Shown piece after piece: positions 46,858-56,926 of a DNA stretch of 64,000 bases (positions within the stretch are counted from its first letter, which is position 1; each line of letters starts with the position of its first letter). The notes beneath the pieces are model-generated. The model ran no database searches, had not been told where the DNA came from, and saw nothing but the letters and a program-made list of their open reading frames with translations. Made by a program: the position numbers and the translations under genes. Origin of the DNA: a candidate division WOR-3 bacterium (lineage in GTDB: Bacteria; Hydrothermota; Hydrothermia; UBA1063; CAJXJZ01); assembly GCA_026986775.1 (NCBI GenBank), contig JALSNX010000004.1, positions 471-64,470 on the forward strand, written 5' to 3'.

Positions 46858-48720
46858 TCAATTAGTTTTACTCCCTGGAGTACCAAGTATTTTTAATATC
46901 CACACAGGCAGTTTTACCTCTTTATTTGATAGCATTTTTTTCCACTGGGAATCTCTGAGCCTTGCATTTATGTCATATACAAACTCATAGTAAGACATCA
47001 TAAGTCCCGTTACAACTCTGTGGTCAGTGATATTGTAAACAATCTTGAGGGGATATCCTGTGGCCACCTCAAGCACTTTTCCTGTATTGGGATCAGTGTG
47101 AACGTCAGCAACTTTTTCGGGTACATCAAGACTTTTTCCGTCTATGTCAAGTAATGTGTTGTTTTTCAGGAAAAATCTAAGTTCATCCATATCCTTCTCT
47201 TTAGGAATCCCGTCTTTTTCTTCCAGAGAAACCTTGAGCATCAGCTCAAGTAATCTGTTTAATTCTCCAAGGTTCTTACTTACCTTTAATCCTGTAGTTA
47301 TCTTTATGAGTTTTGCTGTTAGTGTTCTCATGTCTCCTATAACATCACTGTAAGGTTCCACGAGACAAAGGCCTTTCCTTAAATTCTGTGGAGGCATGGA
47401 GGTTATTCCAACAGTGTAGCTTTGCTTTCCATACAGGAGTGTGGCGTGTTTCAAAAGTGCCCATGTGGATAAGTTTGTGATGAGTTTTTTGATCTCATAT
47501 GAGTCGTCGTTGAAAATGAATATAGGACTTTCCTTCTTTGCAAGTATGTATTGGTGTTGTATGCCGAGCAGATTGTGATATAGAGAGAGGTTGAAGATTG
47601 AGTCGCCATAATCTTCTACCATATTCCGTAAGTTTTCAATCTCAAAAAGATAATTTTTAAACCGGTCCTCCTCGTATGTATCCGTCAATATATCCAGGGC
47701 TTTTTCAGAACCAAGGACAGCCTGAACATCAAGGCCTCTGGGCAAAAGTCGTGGTTTATCCTTCGTACCAACCTTATTATATACAAGTTGCTGGAAAATA
47801 TAGGAATCAAATATCCATCTCTGTCCAAACAGTTTGATGGAGATTAAATCCACGGATGGAGTATCTCTATCTGTAATGAGTGTTGAATAGATGCCGGGCC
47901 TTGCGGATTGTTTTAAGCCTTCCTTTATTCTCCCGTCAAATGACGAACTGCAAAGTGCGTTCTGCGGTACAACGTTGTATCCTTTAACTATCTTCATGAA
48001 ATCAAGAGGGGAAAGGTCATCACTTTTCCCGACTATTTCATTGATGATTTGAGTGATTTCAAGATATCTTTGTTTTATATCCGGGTTGTTTGTGATTATC
48101 ATGGATAAGATGATGGCGGCGCCCATATTTTTTGAAGCAACGATTTTTTCTGAATTGAACGGATAAAAACCCATACGACCAAGATACATCATGGCTCTGA
48201 AGTAGTTCTGCATTTTTTTTGTTCTTGCATAGTGTGAACGTGGTCTATACTGGGAGTAATCTTCTTTGATTCCAAATACAGGTGATATGTGTATACCTCT
48301 GGCCTTTTGAATTAGCATTACTTCTTTTTTCAGGTCATCGCTATTTAACAGTGTATTGTCAAGCGTGAGAAAATAGAGTGGAATTCTGATGTATGCATCA
48401 ACTAAAAGTGCTGCCTCCTTTGCACGTATACATTTTGTATACCTGTAACGTTTATTTTTATTCAGCATGTTCTTAAGAAGTTCTATGAGTTTATTGTAGA
48501 TGATATTCTCCTCAATTTCATATATGCTTTCATCAAAGAGTTGCCCGAATACATAAAATGGTAAATCAAGTGTAACGACAATATCGCTACTTCTCTGTTT
48601 GGCAAGTGTCTCATATCCATGCACAAGTCCTTTCTTAATACCACTTGTATCAATATAAAATCCTCTGTAGGTGTTATTGCTACTACCGGTAATCATTGCA
48701 AATAATAATAAAAGCGTCAT
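46858..48720 (-). CDS. DUF3160-like protein
   Basis: 620 aa. Family recalled from overall pattern (YSQYRPRSHY, LPRGLD). Not verified. Confidence 0.5.
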   Translation of the reverse strand: MTLLLLFAMITGSSNNTYRGFYIDTSGIKKGLVHGYETLAKQRSSDIVVTLDLPFYVFGQLFDESIYEIEENIIYNKLIELLKNMLNKNKRYRYTKCIRAKEAALLVDAYIRIPLYFLTLDNTLLNSDDLKKEVMLIQKARGIHISPVFGIKEDYSQYRPRSHYARTKKMQNYFRAMMYLGRMGFYPFNSEKIVASKNMGAAIILSMIITNNPDIKQRYLEITQIINEIVGKSDDLSPLDFMKIVKGYNVVPQNALCSSSFDGRIKEGLKQSARPGIYSTLITDRDTPSVDLISIKLFGQRWIFDSYIFQQLVYNKVGTKDKPRLLPRGLDVQAVLGSEKALDILTDTYEEDRFKNYLFEIENLRNMVEDYGDSIFNLSLYHNLLGIQHQYILAKKESPIFIFNDDSYEIKKLITNLSTWALLKHATLLYGKQSYTVGITSMPPQNLRKGLCLVEPYSDVIGDMRTLTAKLIKITTGLKVSKNLGELNRLLELMLKVSLEEKDGIPKEKDMDELRFFLKNNTLLDIDGKSLDVPEKVADVHTDPNTGKVLEVATGYPLKIVYNITDHRVVTGLMMSYYEFVYDINARLRDSQWKKMLSNKEVKLPVWILKILGTPGSKTN

Positions 48721-49658
48721 GCTCTCCTCCTTTGTTTAAACCAGTCAACTGTGATTTTTAGGCCGGTCTCAAGGTCATACTCAGGTTCCCATCCAAGATA
48801 TTTTTTTGCTTTTTCATAGTTTAGTGAGATTTCAAAAACTTCGCCCTTTCGTGGTGGCCTATACACAGGTTCTTTACTGTAACTGGAAAGCTGTGCAAGT
48901 GTCTTAAATACCGTGTTTATAGAGGAGGTTTCCCCGGTGCCAATATTAAAGACGGGAAGAGTGTTTTTTTTCGGTGTATATTTCAGGGCAAGGAGATTGG
49001 CTTTTGCGACGTCGTACACAAACACGAAATCCCGTTTTTGTTCACCTGTGCCATAAATAAAACACTCTTTATTTTCCAACATCCTTTCTGTGAATATGGC
49101 CACCACACCTGCTTCTCCGAATGGGTCCTGTCTTGGTCCATAGACATTTGCGTATCTTAAAACAATGAAATTGAAATTATATACACCTGAGTAAATCCTG
49201 AGGTAATGTTCTGCAGCCTCCTTATCAACGCCATATGGGGCAAGCGGTAGAATAGAATGCTTTTCATCAGCTGGCAGATATTCCGGCTCTCCGTAAAGTG
49301 CCCCTCCTGTTGAAGCAAAAATGAATTTTTTAACCCTGAATTTTCCAGCTAATTCAAGGAGATTCAGTGTGCCATTTATATTTATGTCAATGTCTGTTTT
49401 AGGATTCTGCATGGAGTAAACCACACTTATCTGAGCAGCGTGGTGATTTATTATATCGGGCCTGAATTTTTCAAAAACTCTTTTTAGGGCATCATAGTCC
49501 CTGATGTCTATTTCCTCTAATTTTGCCGCTTTATTAAGGTTTTCCCGCCTTCCTGAACTCAGATTATCCACCACCAGCACCTCATGACCTTCTTTTATAT
49601 AAATGTCTACAACGTGGGAGCCAATAAATCCAACACCACCGGTTACAATTATTTTCAT
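48717..49658 (-). CDS. NAD-dependent nucleotide-sugar epimerase/dehydratase (SDR, GalE-like)
   Basis: 313 aa. VTGGVGFIGSH, catalytic Y..K in PYGVDKEAAE. Confidence 0.85.
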   Translation of the reverse strand: MKIIVTGGVGFIGSHVVDIYIKEGHEVLVVDNLSSGRRENLNKAAKLEEIDIRDYDALKRVFEKFRPDIINHHAAQISVVYSMQNPKTDIDININGTLNLLELAGKFRVKKFIFASTGGALYGEPEYLPADEKHSILPLAPYGVDKEAAEHYLRIYSGVYNFNFIVLRYANVYGPRQDPFGEAGVVAIFTERMLENKECFIYGTGEQKRDFVFVYDVAKANLLALKYTPKKNTLPVFNIGTGETSSINTVFKTLAQLSSYSKEPVYRPPRKGEVFEISLNYEKAKKYLGWEPEYDLETGLKITVDWFKQRRRA

Positions 49659-51004
49659 AATTCCTCCTTAATCCCGTACCTTTTCATTTTTCTATAGAGT
49701 GTTGACGGGTCAATACCGAGTACCCGTGCAGCCTCCTTTTTGTTCTTATAAAGTTTCAATGCCTTTTCTATTGCGTCCTTCTCAAGTTCAACGAGTGGTT
49801 TTAGTTCCTCGTTGCTTTGCTTTTTTTCTTGCTTTTCTATGGGATGCAACTCTATGTCTTCTTCTGTGATGGTTTCCCCCTTTGACAGTATTACAGCACG
49901 CTCTATAATGTAACGTAACTCCCTTATGTTTCCCGGCCAGTTATAGGACATGAGTTTTGATAGTGCCTGCTTGCTGATTTTTTTCTCAGGTACACCATGC
50001 GTTAGAGCAGCCTTTTTTATAAAGTATTCTACAAGCAGGGGAATATCTTCCAGTCGCTCTCTTAAGGGGGGAAGATAGAATGGTACGGTGTTCAATCTGA
50101 AAAACAGATCTTCCCTGAAATTACCAGTCTTAACCTCTTCCTCAAGATTCCTGTTTGTTGCAGCTATTATACGCACATCCACAGGGAGTTCTTTCCCGGA
50201 CCCTACGGGTAAAATCCTTCTTGTCTCTATTACACGAAGGAGTTTTACCTGGAGGCCCGGGCTTGCTTCCCCTATTTCGTCCAGAAATATGGTGCCTTTT
50301 TCAGCGGAGCGAAAAAGCCCCATTTTCTCCTCAACTGCTCCAGTAAAAGCACCCCTTTCATGACCGAAAAGCTCGCTTTCTGCAAGTTCATGTGGTATTG
50401 CACCTAAATTAACAGGGATAAATGGCCCGTCTTTTCTCCTTGAGTGATGATGTATATATTTTGCCAGAAGGTCTTTTCCTGTACCGCTTTCACCGTATAT
50501 GATAACAGTAACATCCAGTGGTGCCACCCTTTTTGCATCTTCAAGTATTTTTAAAACTCTCTCATTTTGCGTTATTATCTGTTCCTCGTGTATTGTTTCA
50601 ATTTCCTCTTTCAGGGAGTTATAGGCATTTCTCAGATTTATGATATTAAAGGCCCGATTGAGAATAATATCAATATCATTGAGTTTAAACGGCTTTAACA
50701 GGTAATCATCAACTCCTTCTCTGAAGGCTTCAATGATATTCTCCATGGTTGCGAAGGCAGTCATCATCACAGTATAGATATTTTTTTCTTTTTTGAGCTG
50801 TCTTAAGAGTGTCATACCATCTATATGGGGCATTCTAACATCTAAAAAAACAATATCAGGAATTACGGTTTCTACCTTTGTCATAACCTTTCTGGGGTCT
50901 GTTTCAGTAAACACAGTAAGGCCCTTTTTGTGCATGTATTCAGCCAGCACCTCGCCAATAGCACGGTCATCATCAACGATTAATACCTTATAACCCCTTC
51001 GCAT
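49655..51004 (-). CDS. pilR: sigma54-dependent response regulator (NtrC/PilR type)
   Basis: 449 aa. REC domain (LDVRMP), AAA+ GESGTGKDLLA, GAFTGA, C-terminal Fis HTH. The gene symbol comes from context only. Confidence 0.8.
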   Translation of the reverse strand: MRRGYKVLIVDDDRAIGEVLAEYMHKKGLTVFTETDPRKVMTKVETVIPDIVFLDVRMPHIDGMTLLRQLKKEKNIYTVMMTAFATMENIIEAFREGVDDYLLKPFKLNDIDIILNRAFNIINLRNAYNSLKEEIETIHEEQIITQNERVLKILEDAKRVAPLDVTVIIYGESGTGKDLLAKYIHHHSRRKDGPFIPVNLGAIPHELAESELFGHERGAFTGAVEEKMGLFRSAEKGTIFLDEIGEASPGLQVKLLRVIETRRILPVGSGKELPVDVRIIAATNRNLEEEVKTGNFREDLFFRLNTVPFYLPPLRERLEDIPLLVEYFIKKAALTHGVPEKKISKQALSKLMSYNWPGNIRELRYIIERAVILSKGETITEEDIELHPIEKQEKKQSNEELKPLVELEKDAIEKALKLYKNKKEAARVLGIDPSTLYRKMKRYGIKEEL

Positions 51005-51005
51005 A

Positions 51006-52517
51006 TCAATGTATCCCCGGAAATATTATTTCAACAGTGGTTCCCGAGTTTTTTTCACTTTTAATTTTAATCTCAGCATTATGGTAAGACAAGATTTTTC
51101 TGACAAGGGAAAGGCCGAGCCCTGTACCATAGGTTTTTGTGGTGAAAAAGGGGTCAAATATTTTTTTAATGGTTTCCTTATCCATTCCTTCACCTGTGTC
51201 ACTGATGGATATAATTACATGCTCCGGGGATTTTTGGGCCATTATTTTTATAAGCTTTTCATCTCTCTCAGACAGAGCTTCAACAGAATTCTGTATAATG
51301 TTTTCAAAGACAGAATTAAGTAGTCCACTTTCTCCCAGAACAAGAAGCTCATCAGGTATGTCCAATTCAAACCTAATATTCGGATACTGCCATTTAAATC
51401 GTTCTGTAATTTCAGTGAGCAGAGGAGATAGATTGATTTTTTCCTTCTTTACACCGGTTATCCTTGTAAACGATAGAAATTCACTTATCAACCTGTTCAG
51501 TCTTTCGGCACCTTCTATAATTTTTTCAACAAGGAGATTTTGATTCGCTCCCGGTTCCTTTAAAAGTTCACTGGCTGTAATTATTGAAGTCAGTGGATTT
51601 CTTATTTCATGCGCTAACTGGGCTGACATTTCTCCAAGTGCTATGAGTTTCTTGTTTAACTCTTTTTCTCTTTCTAATTTTTTGATTTCAGTTAAATCCT
51701 GAAAAATGATTATCCTTTCATTGTCTGGCAGGGTTCTTATAGAGTAACCTATTATCCTTGCTCCTATTGCGATTTCCCGTCTTTTGTCCTGCTGGTTGTG
51801 TAGAGAAGAAGATTGCTCAGTGATTTTCTTTATAAACTCCTCTATAGAGATTTCTTTTAGAATTGTTGTGGCGTGGGGATTAATGTATATAGGGTTCTTA
51901 GATGAGTCCAGAACCAGTACTCCAGAAGGAATGCTTTCCAGAATCCTTTCCTTGGATATTTCTGCTTTTTTGAGTTTTTCTCTTGTTTTTTTAATATTTT
52001 CCCTTACGTATGCAGCTATAGCTATCAACATAATGTCTGTAAAAAAGTAAATTGTTGAATAGAAAAAAATCTCCTGAAATTCTACTCCGTGTTTTGAGGT
52101 AAAAAAATAGATATGCGTTAGCGCAAAGAGAAGGATGGTGAGAATGGAGAAACCCGCACCAGCCAGAGGGCCGAGAAAATAGGCTGAAATGACAACGGGG
52201 AATATTAAAAGGTAGTTCAGGCGATTAAAAGGAATACCTGTGGCGAGAGAAATGCCCTCAAGTATCAGTGTAAAGATAAAGATATTGAGAACAAGCAGCA
52301 CCGTTTTGTGTATAAAGCGTGACAGCACCTCCTCATTAAGGATGTTAAATGTTACGTATACCACAAAGGTGTAAGATAAAATTTTAATAAAGTTTTTATA
52401 TCCCGGAGTGTCTTTGAGGAAATAAAGGCTGATAACCCATATAAAGAGAATAGTAAGAGAGCCAAGGAGTTCTACGAAAAAGAGCTCCCTGGCTCCCGTA
52501 TCCTTCGTATTCTGCAA
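51006..52517 (-). CDS. pilS: membrane sensor histidine kinase (PilS-like)
   Basis: 503 aa. Polytopic N-terminus, PAS, H-box HEIRNPLTSI, HATPase G-boxes. The gene symbol comes from context only. Confidence 0.75.
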   Translation of the reverse strand: MQNTKDTGARELFFVELLGSLTILFIWVISLYFLKDTPGYKNFIKILSYTFVVYVTFNILNEEVLSRFIHKTVLLVLNIFIFTLILEGISLATGIPFNRLNYLLIFPVVISAYFLGPLAGAGFSILTILLFALTHIYFFTSKHGVEFQEIFFYSTIYFFTDIMLIAIAAYVRENIKKTREKLKKAEISKERILESIPSGVLVLDSSKNPIYINPHATTILKEISIEEFIKKITEQSSSLHNQQDKRREIAIGARIIGYSIRTLPDNERIIIFQDLTEIKKLEREKELNKKLIALGEMSAQLAHEIRNPLTSIITASELLKEPGANQNLLVEKIIEGAERLNRLISEFLSFTRITGVKKEKINLSPLLTEITERFKWQYPNIRFELDIPDELLVLGESGLLNSVFENIIQNSVEALSERDEKLIKIMAQKSPEHVIISISDTGEGMDKETIKKIFDPFFTTKTYGTGLGLSLVRKILSYHNAEIKIKSEKNSGTTVEIIFPGIH

Positions 52518-52518
52518 T

Positions 52519-53715
52519 TTACTTAATAGTAGCTCCCAATTTGAATATAGGAAGATAAAGAGCTATCAGAATACCACCAACTATCATTCCGATAAAAACA
52601 AGCATGAGAGGCTCAATAATTGATGAGAGTCCCTCAACAGCAGCGTCTACCTCTTCTTCATAAAATGTGGCTATTCTGTCCAGCATTTCAGAAAGTCTAC
52701 CTGTTTGCTCTCCAACTGTAACAAGGTGAACTACCAGAGGCGGGAATATGCCTGTTTCTCTGAGAGGACCCCCAATTGTTTTACCCTCGCCAATGCGCTC
52801 TCGTGCTTTCATAACTGCCGATGAGATTACATAGTTTCCTGATGCCTTGGCTGTGATCTCAAGACTCTGAAGAATTGGCACACCGCTTGTAAGGAGAATT
52901 GACAGAGTACGGGCAAATCTCGCAATTGCTGACTTCTGCACAAGTGGACCAAATACTATTACACGAAGAATAAATGAGTCCCATATGGCACGACCTTTCT
53001 TTGAACTCAGAAAACGCTTGAATAATACAATCAGAATGACTGTACCTATCAAAACCCATAGGATGTTATGCACAAGTAAACGAGATAGATTTATAACTAT
53101 CAACGTTGGGCCTGGAAGTTCCGCACCCATATCAGCATATATCTGGGCAAATTGTGGTACCACAAAGATAAGAAGACCACCCACAATAAGCACTGTGATT
53201 ATAAGCACTATCATTGGGTACATCATGGCAGACTTAATCTTTCGCTTGAGGGAGTCCATTTTTTCATAGTAGGAAGCCACCTCTCTCAGGGTCTCTGCAA
53301 GAGCACCACCTGTTTCACCGACAGCCACCATCTGGGTTAAAAGGGTAGGAAATGCCTTTGGAAATTTCTCCATGGATTCTGCCAGTGTCTTACCGGTCTC
53401 AACCATCTCCCGTACCTCTGATATAACAGATGCAAAGAAGCCGTTCTGTGTCTGTTCACCTAAGATTTCAAGGGCCTGAACTATCGGAATACCCGCTTCA
53501 ATCATAACAGCAAACTGTCTTGAGAATATCGCAAGGTCTCTTGTGGAAACCCTTTTGAAAAGTCCTCCTTTCTTTGTCTGTGCCTGTCTAACGTTAACAT
53601 CCGTTAACCCCCGTGCCTGAATCTTTTTGGATGCATCCGTAATATTGCGGGCCTTAATTTTTCCACTTCTTAATCTACCGGCTGCATCCTTTGCCGTCCA
53701 TTCAAAAACAGGCAT
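52519..53715 (-). CDS. pilC: type IV pilus platform protein PilC (GspF family)
   Basis: 398 aa. Two GspF repeats (FSRQFAVMIEAGIPI, FARTLSILLTSGVPI). Confidence 0.9.
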   Translation of the reverse strand: MPVFEWTAKDAAGRLRSGKIKARNITDASKKIQARGLTDVNVRQAQTKKGGLFKRVSTRDLAIFSRQFAVMIEAGIPIVQALEILGEQTQNGFFASVISEVREMVETGKTLAESMEKFPKAFPTLLTQMVAVGETGGALAETLREVASYYEKMDSLKRKIKSAMMYPMIVLIITVLIVGGLLIFVVPQFAQIYADMGAELPGPTLIVINLSRLLVHNILWVLIGTVILIVLFKRFLSSKKGRAIWDSFILRVIVFGPLVQKSAIARFARTLSILLTSGVPILQSLEITAKASGNYVISSAVMKARERIGEGKTIGGPLRETGIFPPLVVHLVTVGEQTGRLSEMLDRIATFYEEEVDAAVEGLSSIIEPLMLVFIGMIVGGILIALYLPIFKLGATIK

Positions 53716-53733
53716 AAAACCCTCCTTTTTATG

Positions 53734-54822
53734 TCATTTTTTTACCATTCCACCTTGTTTACTTATCATGCGTTTTAGTTCGTCCGGTCTTGGGGAAACT
53801 ATAAGGGCAGTTTGCAGTGATATCTGCCCTTTCCTGTACAGGTCAGCAAGGGACATATTCAGGGTCTGCATACCAAAAGCCTGACTCGCCTGCATAATAC
53901 CGTATGCCTCATGTGTCCTGCTTTCTCTTATTACTGTCTGGATTGCAGGGGTGGCAACAAGTACTTCGCTGGCAAGTACCATTCCTTTCCCCTTTGCATG
54001 GGTCAGAAGTTTCTGTGTTATAACAGCCTCAAGGACCCCTGCAAGCTGGACCCTAACCTGTCCCTGCTGATGAGGTGGAAATACATCTATTATTCTGTTT
54101 ACTGATTCTATTGCACTGCTTGTGTGCAGAGTGGCCATAACAAGATGACCCGTTTCTGCAGCCACTAAAGCAGCCTCTATCGTCTCAAGGTCCCTCATCT
54201 CTCCTACCATTATAATATCCGGGTCCTGACGAAGGACATATTTAAGCGCTCTTGCGAAGCTGTGTGTATCCTGCCCCACTTCTCTCTGGGCAATGATGGA
54301 TTTTTTATTCCTGTGAAGATATTCAATCGGATCTTCAAGGGTGACTATATGTTCTGCCCGCGTGGAGTTTATTCTATCAATCATTGCAGCGAGTGTTGTA
54401 GATTTACCACTCCCGGTTGGTCCGGTAACAAGAATAAGGCCCTTATCCTTTTCAATGAGTGAGTGTATGATAGGAGGAAGGCCCAGCTTCTCAAGTGGAG
54501 GTATCTGAAAAGGAATTCTCCTTATTGCTATTGCTACTGAGCCACGCTGGAAAAAAGCATTTGCCCTGAATCTTGAAAGTCCCTCTATGGAAATTGCAAA
54601 GTCCAGTTCAAGTTCTTCCTCAAGTCTCTTACGTTGAGTATCAGTCAAAAGAGAGTAAACCAGTTGTTTTACATCGTTTGGCATGAGAAACTTATACTGT
54701 TGTGCAGGAATCAGCTTTTTATCAATACGATATACAGGCGGAGCGCCGGCAACAAGATGCAGGTCTGTGGCCTTTTTCATTACCATCTCTTCTAACAGTT
54801 CTTTAATCGTGAAATTAAGCAT
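53734..54822 (-). CDS. pilT: twitching-motility retraction ATPase PilT
   Basis: 362 aa. GPTGSGKSTT, DPDIIMVGEMRD, ATLHT. Confidence 0.92.
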   Translation of the reverse strand: MLNFTIKELLEEMVMKKATDLHLVAGAPPVYRIDKKLIPAQQYKFLMPNDVKQLVYSLLTDTQRKRLEEELELDFAISIEGLSRFRANAFFQRGSVAIAIRRIPFQIPPLEKLGLPPIIHSLIEKDKGLILVTGPTGSGKSTTLAAMIDRINSTRAEHIVTLEDPIEYLHRNKKSIIAQREVGQDTHSFARALKYVLRQDPDIIMVGEMRDLETIEAALVAAETGHLVMATLHTSSAIESVNRIIDVFPPHQQGQVRVQLAGVLEAVITQKLLTHAKGKGMVLASEVLVATPAIQTVIRESRTHEAYGIMQASQAFGMQTLNMSLADLYRKGQISLQTALIVSPRPDELKRMISKQGGMVKK

Positions 54823-54823
54823 T

Positions 54824-56539
54824 CTATCCCTCCATTGTTCTTGCTATTACCTCTTCAAGTGAGGTAATACCCCTCAGGAATTTAAGCATTGCTGCTTCTC
54901 TTAAAGTCAACATCCCCTGTTCTCTTGCCTTTTCTCTTATTTCTGCTATGGGTCTTTTGTTTAAGATAAGTTCACGTATTTCCGGTGTAATGAGCATTAC
55001 TTCATATATACCTTCCCTTCCTTTATACCCGCTGCCCCTGCATACCTCACAGCCATCACCCTTTTTGTATACAGTCTTTCCCTCTATATCCTGAGGATCA
55101 AGCCCTATTGCCTTGAGTTCTTCCGGAGTTGGCTTGTAAGGCTTTTTGCATTTTGGACAGAGTCTTCTCACAAGTCTCTGAGCCTGAATAAGGACAAGGG
55201 AGTCAGCAACCAGATAAGGAGGGATACCCATGTCAATTAAACGAGTGATGGTACTGGGGGCGTCATTTGTATGGAGTGTTGAAAGTACGAGGTGTCCTGT
55301 GAGTGCTGCCTTGACAGCGATGGAAGCAGTTTCTTCGTCTCTTATTTCTCCTACCATTATAATATCAGGGTCCTGACGTAAAAATGATCTTAATGCAGCT
55401 GCAAAAGTAAGTCCTATATCCTCTTTTATCTGCACCTGATTAAGCCCGGGAAAGTCATACTCAACAGGATCTTCTGCTGTCATTATATTTACATCCGGTT
55501 TATTCAAAATACTCAATGCGGAATAAAGAGTTGTTGTTTTACCAGAACCGGTGGGACCTGTTACAAGTATAATACCATAGGGCCTTGAAATTGCATACAT
55601 GAACTTTTCAAGAGCCTCCTTCTCAAAACCCAGTTTTTCAAGGTCAAGGGTGAGATTGGATTTGTCCAGAATTCTGAGCACAACTTTTTCCCCATGTTTA
55701 ACTGGAAGCGTGGAGACACGGAAGTCAATAACTCTTTCTTTCCCGGCCTCTTTCATTTTTAACTTAATATGTCCATCCTGTGGTAGTCTTCTTTCAGCAA
55801 TATCCAGTTTTGCCAGAATTTTAACTCTTGCAACTATCCCGTGTTTCCATTTTATAGGAGGGCGTGGAAGCTCATGGAGTGTACCGTCTATTCTAAATCG
55901 CACTCTGATAAATTTTTCAAAGGGCTCTATATGTATATCACTTGCATGCTGCCTTACAGCATCTACAAGCAAGGCGTTAACATACTTTACAAGTGGTGCA
56001 TCTCTTGCTATCTGAAGTTCTGCTTCTGTGGCATCCTCTTTTTCTTCAACAACTTCTGCCTCTTCACCCTCTTCTTTCTCTGCTTCCTTCAGTGCTTCTG
56101 CTGCCTTGCTCTCTTCTCCATAATATTTATTGATTAACTGGGTTAGTTTTTTCTCCGTGGTTATCGCCAGACTTATTCTGTAGCCGGTAAGAAAAGCGAG
56201 GTTGTCTATAAGTTCCACGTTTGTGGGGTCTGCTGTGGCGACTATGAGCATCTTACCCTTCTTTTTATATGGAAATACCCGGTACTTACGGGCAATATCC
56301 GGTGGTATGGTTTGAATAAGGTCATCTGGGAGGTCTCCTTCAGGAAATTCTGCTATCTGAACATGAAACATCTGGGAGAGGATACGTAAAAGCCGCTCTT
56401 CTGATATAAAGCCAAGGTCTATAAGAGATTGAAGTACGTCCTTGCCGCTCTGCCTTGAAACTTCAAGGGCCTTCTTTGCCTGTTCAGGCTTGATTGCTTT
56501 ATATTTCAGGAGCAAATTTATTAATTTTGCATTATCCAT
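54824..56539 (-). CDS. pilB: type IV pilus assembly ATPase PilB (GspE family)
   Basis: 571 aa. N-terminal T2SSE_N, GPTGSGKTTT, tetracysteine CPKC..CEVC. Confidence 0.92.
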   Translation of the reverse strand: MDNAKLINLLLKYKAIKPEQAKKALEVSRQSGKDVLQSLIDLGFISEERLLRILSQMFHVQIAEFPEGDLPDDLIQTIPPDIARKYRVFPYKKKGKMLIVATADPTNVELIDNLAFLTGYRISLAITTEKKLTQLINKYYGEESKAAEALKEAEKEEGEEAEVVEEKEDATEAELQIARDAPLVKYVNALLVDAVRQHASDIHIEPFEKFIRVRFRIDGTLHELPRPPIKWKHGIVARVKILAKLDIAERRLPQDGHIKLKMKEAGKERVIDFRVSTLPVKHGEKVVLRILDKSNLTLDLEKLGFEKEALEKFMYAISRPYGIILVTGPTGSGKTTTLYSALSILNKPDVNIMTAEDPVEYDFPGLNQVQIKEDIGLTFAAALRSFLRQDPDIIMVGEIRDEETASIAVKAALTGHLVLSTLHTNDAPSTITRLIDMGIPPYLVADSLVLIQAQRLVRRLCPKCKKPYKPTPEELKAIGLDPQDIEGKTVYKKGDGCEVCRGSGYKGREGIYEVMLITPEIRELILNKRPIAEIREKAREQGMLTLREAAMLKFLRGITSLEEVIARTMEG

Positions 56540-56662
56540 TTTGACTATTATCCCCCATTCTGTTCTGTTAACGTTATAATTTTAAGGCAAATGCTGGAAA
56601 AGTCAAGAGGTTTGTTTTGAAAAAATTATTTAATGTATTGGGTATTGTATGGCCACTTTTAT

Positions 56663-56691
56663 TTGCATTTTCGGTATGTATGGGTTATAAT
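56663..56691 (+). promoter_or_regulatory. sigma70-type promoter of the tRNA pair
   Basis: TTGCAT, 17-nt spacer, TATAAT, 15 nt upstream of the first tRNA. Confidence 0.6.
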
Positions 56692-56706
56692 TTTATTCAC
56701 CCATGT

Positions 56707-56779
56707 GGGCCCGTAGCTCAATCGGCAGAGCAGCGGACTCATAATCCGTTGGTTCGGGGTTCGAGTCCCTGCGGGCCCA
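56707..56779 (+). tRNA. tRNA with CAU anticodon (elongator Met, or Ile2 if lysidinylated); no encoded CCA
   Basis: Hand-folded cloverleaf: acceptor GGGCCCG/CGGGCCC, D stem GCTC/GAGC, anticodon loop CTCATAA, T arm CGGGG-TTCGAGT-CCCTG. Lacks initiator features. Confidence 0.85.
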
Positions 56780-56787
56780 TTTTTTAT

Positions 56788-56861
56788 GGGCGGATAGTTC
56801 AGGCGGCGAGAACGCTGGTCTCACATACCAGAGGTCGGAGGTTCAAGTCCTCCTCCGCCCA
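56788..56861 (+). tRNA. tRNA-Val (anticodon CAC); no encoded CCA
   Basis: Hand-folded: acceptor GGGCGGA/TCCGCCC, anticodon stem CTGGT/ACCAG, loop CTCACAT, T arm GGAGG-TTCAAGT-CCTCC. Confidence 0.85.
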
Positions 56862-56926
56862 TATGAAAATTATCTTTACTCTCCACATTCTCCCCTTTAC
56901 CATAGAGGTTGAACAGAGGAGGGTTT

